Source of the DNA: Macrostomum lignano
Lineage: Eukaryota
DNA: 32,629 nucleotides
Reading direction: 5' to 3'
Assembly: GCA_002269645.1 (NCBI GenBank)
Contig: NIVC01000919.1
Coordinates: 1-32,629, forward strand
The position numbers were made by a program, and so were the translations under genes. Below are positions 12,001-21,450 of this stretch, one piece after another; the first letter of the stretch is position 1; each line of letters starts with the position of its first letter. Below the pieces are notes generated by a model. That model was not told the DNA's origin. It worked only from the letters and a program-made list of their open reading frames with translations, and did not search any database.

Positions 12001-13280
12001 GCCTCAGACTGAATCATTCCGCCTCCGCCCCATGCTTCAGACTGAATCATTCCGCCTCCACCCCATGCTTCAGACTGAATCATTCCGCCTCCGCCCCATG
12101 CTTCAGGCTGCCTCATTCCGCCTCCAACCCATGCTTCAGACTGAATCATTCCGCCTCCACCCCCATGCTTCAGGCTGCCTCATTCCGCCTCCAACCCATG
12201 CTTCAGACTGAATCATTCCGCCTCCACCCCCATGCTTCAGGCTGCCTCATTCCGCCTCCAACCCATGCTTCAGACTGAATCATTCCGCCTCCACCCCATG
12301 CTTCAGGCTGCCTCATTCCGCCTCCAACCCATGCTTCAGACTGAATCATTCCGCCTCCACCCCCATGCTTCAGGCTGCCTCATTCCGCCTCCACCCCATG
12401 CTTCAGACTGAATCATTCCGCCTCCACCCCCATGCTTCAGGCTGCCTCATTCCGCCTCCACCCCCATGCTTCAGACTGAATCATTCCGCCTCCACCCCCA
12501 TGCTTCAGGCTGCCTCATTCCGCCTCCAACCCATGCTTCAGACTGAATCATTCCGCCTCCACCCCCATGCTTCAGGCTGCCTCATTCCGCCTCCACCCCA
12601 TGCTTCAGACTGAATCATTCCGCCTCCACCCCATGCTTCAGGCTGCCTCATTCCGCCTCCAACCCATGCTTCAGACTGAATCATTCCGCCTCCACCCCCA
12701 TGCTTCAGGCTGCCTCATTCCGCCTCCACCCCATGCTTCAGGCTGCCTCATTCCGCCTTCAACCCATGCTTCAGACTGAATCATTCCGCCTCCACCCCCA
12801 TGCTTCAGGCTGCCTCATTCCGCCTCCAACCCATGCTTCAGACTGAATCATTCCGCCTCCGCCCCATGCTTCAGACTGAATCATTCCGCCTCCGCCCCAT
12901 GCTTCAGACTGAATCATTCCGCCTCCACCCCCATGCTTCAGGCTGCCTCATTCCGCCTCTAACCCATGCTTCAGACTGAATCATTCCGCCTCCACCCCAT
13001 GCTTCAGACTGAATCATTCCGCCTCCACCCCCATGCTTCATGCTGCCTCATTCCGCCTCCACCCCCATGCTTCAGACTGAATCATTCCGCCTCCACCCCA
13101 TGCTTCAGACTGAATCATTCCGCCTCCACCCCATGCTTCAGGCTGCCTCATTCCGCCTCCAACCCATGCTTCAGGCTGCCTCATTCCGCCTCCAACCCCC
13201 ATGCTTCAGACTGAATCATTCCGCCTCCAACCCATGCTTCAGACTGAATCATTCCGCCTCCACCCCAAGCTTCAGACGGC
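9100..13280. repeat. 33-bp minisatellite array, about 125 units, with two unit types and a ~1.43-kb higher-order duplication
   Basis: Consensus CCATGCTTCAGACTGAATCATTCCGCCTCCACC, with variant core GGCTGCCT in place of GACTGAAT. Identical ORF translations recur at an offset of 1426 (10441 vs 11867; 10379 vs 11805). Confidence 0.97.
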
Positions 13281-14654
13281 TAATCCTACCAACTTCGTGT
13301 AACATGCAAAGCTTTCATGTTTTAATTCAATCTTTTCTTTTCCACGCACAGTGCGCCACATTTTGCACGAGTTTCTTCTGGCACTAGCTGCTCAAATTAG
13401 TCCTTTGCAGCAAGACTTTCACGCATGAGAAGGTCATCAACTGTAATGCTGCACCTAAGAAGCAATGTGCTCAGCGACCCCATCCTACTGGCAATGCGCA
13501 CTCAAGCATGACGTGTACACCGTCGTCTGGAAATATTGCTCTTTTAATTCTCAGACGCCTTCTAACGTGTCGCACAAGCAAGCGTGGAATCAGTACCCGC
13601 GACTTCAGCACTCTCGCCGCCTGTAGCAACTGTTGCTCAATACTGCTTGCCGCGAAGCAGAATTTAAGTGCCGAGAATTGCAACTCAGTGGGGGTGGCGG
13701 CGTGGCTTTGGATTTTGGTTACTGGCCAAAACAAGGCCTTGTTGGTGTGGATGGATGACTCATTTCTGACTCGCCTCTTTGCCCCTCAATTCTCGTGTAA
13801 TTGAGAGATTGAGAGAGCGAGAGAGCGCGTCAGACTCTCCTATGTGTAGGCATCGGTGCCCGGAATCTTTCTCATGATTGCCTCCGCCCGCGACGGACTC
13901 CCCCGCTGTTTTCTCTTTAACCCGGGGCCTCGTTACGAGCCGCTGCCGGCTTGACAACTCGGCTAAAATGATGACGATGAGGCGTGTCGCCTCTCGGCTC
14001 CAGCTGTCCCCTGTCTTTCTCTCTTTCTCTCTCTTGTTCCCCTTTTTATACTTTTTTATTCCGTTCTCATCTCAACATCTCTTGTATTGCGACAGCTATT
14101 GTTTCGAAGCACCCATACTTGATTAGAGGTTTCTGGCTTCGGGTTGTCAGCCGAGCGCATGTGGAGGTGACAGACCCAGACCAAGTAGAGCGAGTCTCAC
14201 ACAATGAACGAGAGAGAAAAAATCATATGCAGCTCTGTGCTCTAACTTGTGCCAAACTATTAACAAAGAGACATGTTCGTGTTTTTATTTGTTAGAAGAT
14301 TAGAAGACAGCGGGCAACAATATCCAAGAGAATAAGGCTCTGCAATAAAGCAGCTCGACAGCTCTCGGAGTTCTCCTATAGTTGATCCGAGCTGGGCACG
14401 CTCGGGCCAGCATAAAGATTGCTGCACCTAGACAGGAGACAAGTAGAATACAATTTCTGGTCAAACGATGCCGCTTGCCCAGATGCTTTAATTAGCTGCA
14501 GTTTGTTTTCAAACTAACTCAAAGCTTTGATGAGCCAGGCACCGCCACTGAAGTCAACTGGTTTTCGGGTGTTTTTATTTCTTGTCTTCCCCTACCAGAC
14601 GATAAAAACTGTAAGGAATAAAAAACAAAGTAAAAAATCAGAATAGTAAATTCT

Positions 14655-14800
14655 CATAGAAAAAAATGCTGGGTAAAATGCTGGGTAAAATTTTAGGTAA
14701 CCAGCATTTTACCTAAAATTTTCTCTAAAAGAGTAAATTCTTTTAGAATGCACCAGCATTCTAAAAGCATAGAATGCTTTTAATTTCCTGGTGCATTTTT
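14655..14800. repeat. Cluster of nested short inverted repeats (possible foldback/MITE relic)
   Basis: Perfect arms: AAAATTTTAGGTAA 14687-14700 / 14709-14722; CTTTTAGAATGC 14740-14751 / 14756-14767; AAAAGCAT 14763-14770 / 14774-14781. The motif AAAATGCTGG/CCAGCATTTT also recurs. Confidence 0.75.
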
Positions 14801-14994
14801 GCTTACAGATTGCTGTCAAAGACCAATTTGTATTTCCTGCAACAGTAATTGTGAACGCTTTCAAAAGCAGTCAAAGTCAACAATTCCCACTATCAAAGAT
14901 TATTCCATTGTTCGATTCCCTGAAGCAACTTTGCATCGTTAAGGTAGCAGGCGTCTTCTTTGACAATGAATTGACGTCTAAATTTCAAATCCCA

Positions 14995-15860
14995 TACGAT
15001 GGCCAACAGAGCTGGCCTGCGTTTCTCGGTCAAGTTCCGGCCTCAATGCGGTACAGTGACCCAGATGGACAGATCCACGCGCTCCGCCGAGCCATCGGGC
15101 CTATCGGGTCCCACAGCAGCTGATCGATGCCATCATGTCGTTGTACCGGTACCGAGACACATTATATGCTGTTGCGACAACGGACAACGGAGTCTGGTGT
15201 TCTGCAGGGCGACCTGGCACCGTTTCTCTTTGCGCTGCGTGCTACGGAACGCTCTTCTCGACTGACGACGATTCTGACGATTAGCCTTGTGCTTAGCTAC
15301 GCCGACGACATCTCCCTCTTGTCATCAACTGTTGAAGGCGCCCAGCGCCTATTGCCAGCCTTGCGGTTAATGTGCTTAAGACCGAGGTCCCAGCAGAACA
15401 TACCGCGGCGCAGACAGACGGTTCATCTACGAGTACCTCGGCGGTCTGGTGCCCCACGCCGGAGGAGGACATCCGGCGGCGCGGAGGACTCGCCTGGGCG
15501 GCCTACTGATTCATTCAGGCCGTCCTTCAGTCCGAAGCGCTGCCCGACCGCCAGAGGGCTCAGCTGTGGCAGGCGGTGGTCGAGACCGCCCTGCTGCATA
15601 ACACCGAGACGTGGACGCTGACGGCCACGCTGGAGCGGAAGCTGGTCTCGGCGCACTCGGGGCTGCTCCATGCGACCTTTCGAGCTGACCAGAGCGTCTT
15701 GACGGAGACCCTGTACCAGAAGGATCAGCTGCAATGCCTGTCCACCACCTGCCCGTCCATCACTTCAACTGGCGGGCCACGTGATCCGGGCTGAGAGCTC
15801 CTGCCCCCAGCCTCTACAGGACATCCTGCTGTTCAACTTGCAGGGCCCATTTGGGTGATG
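14995..15860 (+). pseudogene. Degenerate non-LTR retrotransposon reverse transcriptase fragment (RTE-like clade)
   Basis: GVLQGD-LAPFLF (from 15196) and YADD (15298-15309) lie in one frame. Upstream LIDAIMSLY and downstream ETALLHNTETWTLTATLERKL lie in other frames. These match RT motifs and the thumb LLYxxETWTL pattern of RTE/CR1-type LINEs. The fragment is frameshifted and truncated. Confidence 0.85.
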
Positions 15861-17869
15861 GTTACTGGGCTGCGTCTTTTGCTGTTGAATTTGATGGCAA
15901 TGTGAGCAAGCCCTGATTTCTTGATGATGGGTGTCAGAGTCAAACCAATATTGCTCTCATGTCCGCCGGACCCTGCCTAAAATTTGCGCCTCTGCCAGAG
16001 CGCGCTTGTGCCGGTGCGCGCATCTCTTTCAGATCAACTCTCCAAAATGTCCTACATTAAAACAAAGTAGAACTCTTTAAGCGATCAGTTTTAATTATCG
16101 GTTTTGAAATTGTTCCGGGATCATACTTGTAGTTCTTTTTTTACAGGCCTGAGAAGGAACAAGCCAAAATCCTGTTAATAAATGACAGCAGTCTCCAAAT
16201 ATTAAATTAAATAAGCATCAAGACAAAACACCCCAATGTAACTGGATCAAGCCACAATTTGCCATTTTCGCAAGCGCAACAAAGACTAAATGAGCATCCC
16301 CTGCTTTAAAAAATCTGCTTGAATAATTGCATTCTGCAATCCACGCTGTTCTGTATCCCCAGAGCAGAGACCCAGGTTAATTAATAGATGAAGTAACAAT
16401 GCAGCTTTAAAGAAGCAGAAAAATCACAACTTTATACAAGGTACGGAAAAAGCACAGCAGGTGGCTGCTTAAGGGCGCAAAAAAGCAGGATGAGACAGAC
16501 TTGTGGCCACGGGGTTTCGTCTGGCGGAGAAGACAATGGAGACCATCGAGATCTTTGAGCCCCAGCACCTGTCAGGCAGTTTTAAGCCGGTCCTGTATCA
16601 GCAAGCAGGACTTCCGCCCTGATTTTTTCCTCCCCGATTCGCATTCTCTTTTTCTTTCTTTTGTGGCTCACGCAGCGCACCAGAGGGCCACTTCTGCTGA
16701 TCCCATTCTATTATTTTTAGCTCTGACCCCTTATAAACCTGCTCAACTCAAAACTTGCCCCCCCCACCCTAGGGCGTTCAACTCCCGATACTTTAACGAA
16801 ACATTCACAAAGAATGCGCTCTCCAATTGTGACAACTTCCTGAGTCTCTTCTAGGAGAGAGGGCACAAAGGAATGGCATAGCAGCATGGCCTTCAATCAT
16901 TTACGGCTGCCTGATTCTGCTAGGTTTATAAAGCTGGAGGCCCAGATTATTGTCACTACACAGGGGCTGAGCACATATGCAGTTGGCGATTCTGTGAATA
17001 GACTCACTCAGTTGCGAGTCCGCTACGGAGGTGTCTTTTTATGATTGCGGATCAACCATGCACGGCTCAAGCATCCTTGATTCAGCTCTGAATGTACGCT
17101 CCCAAGTCTCAGTCAGTGATTGAACGTCTCTCAGTGCTCCAGCTGTCCAACTGTCGCACACAAAGCTTCTGAAAAAGTCTTCAATCTTAACAACATTGAA
17201 ACCCGCCGTATTTTAATTGAAGATAAATTTCCAATACCAACTGGCGCTTAAATCTGCCGCTTAAGGGGGGATTTAACTGTGTACAGGGAGATGGGGAAGG
17301 CAGGGTGAATGCGTACTGGATAGGTGAGGGGGGCTGCAGAGGATTTAGCGGCCCGTGACTCACAGATTCATCCCACCCGCAGGGCATGTTCACTGCAGAC
17401 AGCTTATATCTGCGGCAGCCATCTATATTATTGGGGTCAGTTTCAAGTTTCGCCGCCAATATCATATTAATAAGCGGATTTGCGCCGGGTAAGATCAACG
17501 GCGTTAAGCCCAGACTATTGCTTAGCTATCGCCTACACCAAACGGGGCGGATTTCGCTGGCGGGTGGTTATTAAGACCCTATCGTAAAACAGGAGAGAAG
17601 AAGGAAGAGAAAGATTACAGTGGCACTTCTGTCTGAGGGCCAACTGATCAGCCCTACTTGTGGGGATGTCCCGGGTGAAGTAAGCGACTGACGGGAGGGA
17701 CACGGGAGAAAATTGCCAGTTCAAACAGAATGATGGGTTGCTACATTCTTTTGGGGAAACAGAGACTAGATTGATTAATGATTGAGATGGCGAGACTGGC
17801 TAGACAACAGTGAGATGAGATATATGTATGATTAGACAGAGATCAGTGTGACATGATGCAAGTATCTGC

Positions 17870-18868
17870 ACGATGAGATATTCGTGCAAAGATACCGGTG
17901 GGATCAGATCTTTCGTGATAAGATATGCGAGTAATGAGATATCGATGTGATGAGATGTCGAAGTGATGAGATATCGGTTATCGGTGTGTAGAGATATCGG
18001 CGTGCTCAGATATCGGTGTGATCATATCTTTCGTGATGAGATATTGGTGCTGAGATATCGGTATGATGAGATATCGGTGTGATGAGATATCGATGTGCTC
18101 AGATATCAGTGTGATGAGAGATTTTGGTGTGATGAGATATCGGTGTGATGAGATATCGGTGTGATGAGATATCGGTGTGATGAGATATCGGTGTGATGAG
18201 ATATCGGTGTGATGAGATATCGGTGTGAACATATCTTTCGTGATGAGATATCGGTGCTGAGATATCGGTGTGATGAGGTATCGGTGTGATGAGATATCGA
18301 TGTGCTCAGATATCATTGTGATGAGAGATATTGGTGTGATGAGATATCGGTGTGATGAGATATCGGTGTGATGAGATATCGGTGTGATGAGATATCGGTG
18401 TGCTCAGATATCCGTGTGATGAGATATCCGTGTGATGAGATATCGGTGTGATGAGATATCGGTGTGATGAGATATCCGTGTGATGAGATATCCGTGTGAT
18501 GAGATATCCGTGTGATGAGATATCCGTGTGATGAGATATCCGTGTGATGAGATATCGGTGTAATGAGATATCCGTGTGATGAGATATCCGTGTGATGAGA
18601 TATCGGTGTGATGAGATATCGGTGTGATGAGATATCCGTGTGATGAGATATCGGTGTGATGAGATATCCGTGTGATGAGATATCTGTAGGATGAGATATC
18701 GGTGGGATGAGATATCAGTGAGATGAGATATCGGAGAGATGAGATATCGGTGAGATGAGATATCGGAGAGATGAGATATCGGTGGGATGAGATATCGGAG
18801 AGATGAGTTATCGGTGAGATGAGTTATCGGTGAGATGAGATATCGGGGAGATGAGATATCCGTGAGAT
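17870..18868. repeat. 16-bp minisatellite array (GATGAGATATCGGTGT), about 60 units
   Basis: Unit read directly. The 16-aa periodicity of the minus-strand ORFs equals 3 units. The array is degenerate at its 5' end. Confidence 0.95.
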
Positions 18869-19434
18869 AGCAGTTAAGGAACAAAATGGCCAAGCAGGAC
18901 CGACATAAACTCGAACGAGATCCTGCAGTGCAGATGGCTGGCCCCCATATGCACATACTGGCAGTTTTCTGCAGCAGCTCATCTGCATCTCAGTTAGTCA
19001 ATTGACTCTCCCAGTCAATGCAATTACCTTCTTCAACTCCTCCTCGCCCTGGCTCACTGACAGCAGTTCCTCTCTGTGCTCCCGTTGGGAAAAAAGATTC
19101 TATATTTTGACGGGCGATCTTGGTGAGCTGGGTTGGGCGAATTTGCATTCTCGCTCAGACCAGACCAGACCAGACTAAAGGCTGGCTGAAAGTCCGTCAT
19201 TTGCATAAATGTGCAATGCAAGTCAGGAAAAGATTATTTCGTTTGTTCCGACGAGGGGTGCAACACTGGCTGACTGAAACGTGTTGAATGTTTGTCAACT
19301 GTTAGCTCTTTTGCATTTGAAATTCAGTTTCATATAGGTTGAGCACCACCAATGACGTTAATGGGCGTCTGTCAGATTATCAGGACTTTATTTAGTGAAC
19401 AGCTGACAAAGATAAAATAGTATATATACGCTCC

Positions 19435-20123
19435 CAGGGGCGTCGCCATGGATTTCATGGTGGGGGGGGACAAAGCCAAGAATTCAACATGTACATGTAC
19501 ATGACTAAATTTCTATATTTCCATTACTTTGAGAATCTTATAGTCAGCGCTCATTTTGGCGCCGCAGGCACTGATTTTGGCGCCGTAGGCACTCATTTTG
19601 GCGCCGTAGGCACTCATTTTGGCACTAAAGGCACTCATTTTAGCGCCGCAGGCACTCATTTTAGCGCCGCAGGCACTCATTTTAGCGCCAAAGGCACTCA
19701 TTTTAGCGCCAAAGGCACTCATTTTAGCGCCGTAGGCACTCATTTTAGCGCCGTAGGCACTCATTTTGGCGCCAAAGGCACTCAGTTTAGCGCCGAAAGC
19801 ACTCATTTTGGGCGCCGCAGGCACTCATTTTGAGCGCCGTAGGCACTCATTTTGGCGCCAAAGGCACTCAGTTTAGCGCCGAAAGCACTCATTTTGGGCG
19901 CCGCAGGCACTCATTTTGAGCGCCGTAGGCACTCATTTTGGCGCCAAAGGCACTCAGTTTAGCGCCGAAAGCACTCATTTTAGCGCACTGAAGAAAAATT
20001 ACTGATTACCACCACAACCAGTCACAAGATGGGGTGAAAGACAAAGCATTGGCATGTCCCCCCATAGCATTTACTGGGGGGGGCGTGTCCTCCCTGTCCC
20101 CCCCTTCGGTGGCGACGCGCCTG
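19435..20123. mobile_element. Non-autonomous hAT-type MITE, 689 bp, carrying an internal minisatellite
   Basis: TIRs CAGGGGCGTCGCCA / reverse complement CAGGCGCGTCGCCA (13/14 match). Exact 8-bp TSD TACGCTCC at 19427-19434 and 20124-20131. Confidence 0.92.
19545..19988. repeat. 21-bp tandem array (GGCACTCATTTTAGCGCCGYA) inside the MITE
   Basis: About 21 units. The 3' part is an 86-bp tetramer repeated about 2.6 times. Confidence 0.95.
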
Positions 20124-21324
20124 TACGCTCCTAGTAGGTAATTCAATTCGAATATTCGCCCATTGTCACCATAGTACTTCTGCATCCTAAAGACAACTGG
20201 CTACGGTTCTCATACTCGTCAACAGTGCAGCAGTGAGTAGAGGAACCTTTGCTAATAGCGTACGCTCCTCTATAGGTCTAGGATTAGGGGGGTTGAGCAC
20301 AGATGAATCAATCGATTTTTTCGGTGAGCAATTGAAAACAGAATTGCCAGCGAAACAAGACAGGGGAAGGGGGACAGCGGGACCATAGCGGCTTTTTGCC
20401 TTGCGTGCGGGATTATAATGAGCGCTTAGGGAGGGCAGGGCAATCGAGGCAGAGCTGCATTGCTACTCCAGAAGCCAAAGTGGCAATATTTGACTCAATA
20501 TAGCTTGTGCATATAGTATTTCGTCAATGACACGAACAGGGCAATGAGACAGTGCTGCAGTCCTCAATAGCCCCGCCCAATCTCTTCTTTATTTCTCTCC
20601 TATATGTTCTTAACTTCAAGGGAAGAGAAGAGTGGCAGCGGTGCACAGTTGAATGTCAATATAAACACCTAATAGAAAAATTAGCATTAATCAACCTCCC
20701 TACCAATGCAGTGCAGCTAAAAAGGAAGTGCATTCATGTGTTGTACTAATCTGTATTCAAATCCAAGACCAACTGGTCACTTCTTAACGCTGTTCCGAAC
20801 TTCAAGGTGCTGTCCGACTACATAAATATTTCACATGGCAAGTTTTGCAACTAGTTATTTGGTCCTACCAGTATATTTCTGCAGTGTCTCTCTTTTTTCC
20901 GCGAGAAACTTAATTGACAGCAAAATAGAAAAATGATGAAAAGATTCAACGTGCGCCCAGCCCAGTGCAAGAGATAGAATACTGGTATGCACAGGGCAGT
21001 AGTCATTCGCAGAGCTTGTAAACGCATCAGGTCACACAGAATCGGCGGCCTCTCTTCTCTTTTCCAGCCGCTGTACTCACGAATACTCGGTGCCGGGCGG
21101 GCACGTGAAACAATTATGCTTTTTCATTTATATTCGTTCTATTGAATAATTGTATCGCCTATTGTGTCGACTGGAAAATGGTTGCCTCACCCCCTCCCCT
21201 GCAGCCCTGTCCACTAGACTAGTGTTGCTGGGGGTAGAGGGCAGAAGCAGAGGCTCTCTGTAGTGGCCTGCCATACCGTAGCACACTTCGTCCTTCCAGC
21301 AAAGCACCATCCAGTGCAGACAAT

Positions 21325-21450
21325 GCGTTGGCCCAATCAACTCGCGGGCCAATGAAGCGCGGCCGCTTTAGCCCCAGACTCCGTCACAGCCCCCAGCCTG
21401 CCGCGCCCAACCCTCCGGAGGGGAGAGGGGCCAGTTTTATAATGAATGGA
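21325..21450 (+). promoter_or_regulatory. Candidate Pol II promoter (paired CCAAT boxes plus TATA-like element)
   Basis: GCCCAATCA and GGCCAATGA about 16 bp apart, followed by a GC-rich stretch and TTTTATAAT. Motif evidence only; the link to the LRR gene is unproven. Confidence 0.3.

Noticed and set aside
9100-13280. CRISPR-like appearance of ~33-bp repeats
   Set aside because: Units are head-to-tail with no unique spacers, there are no cas genes, and the context is eukaryotic.
8999-13387. Long repetitive ORFs on both strands (up to 352 aa)
   Set aside because: They arise from a 33-bp stop-free unit and are broken by 34-bp units. All frames are open to a similar degree, and no splice or domain support exists.
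16490-16625. Short protein-like reading (RLAEKTMETIEIFEPQHLSGSFKPVLYQQAGLPP)
   Set aside because: No recognisable motif, no clear splice partners, and too short to support.
17239-17491. Possible MITE with loose inverted ends (TGGCGCTTAAATCTGCCGCTTA / TAAGCGGATTTGCGCC)
   Set aside because: The match needs several gaps and no TSD was found.
17978-18956. His/Ile/Ser-rich minus-strand ORFs (112 and 216 aa)
   Set aside because: Translation of the 16-bp minisatellite.
19489-19833. GTHF/GAKM repeat ORFs
   Set aside because: Translation of the 21-bp array inside a non-autonomous MITE.
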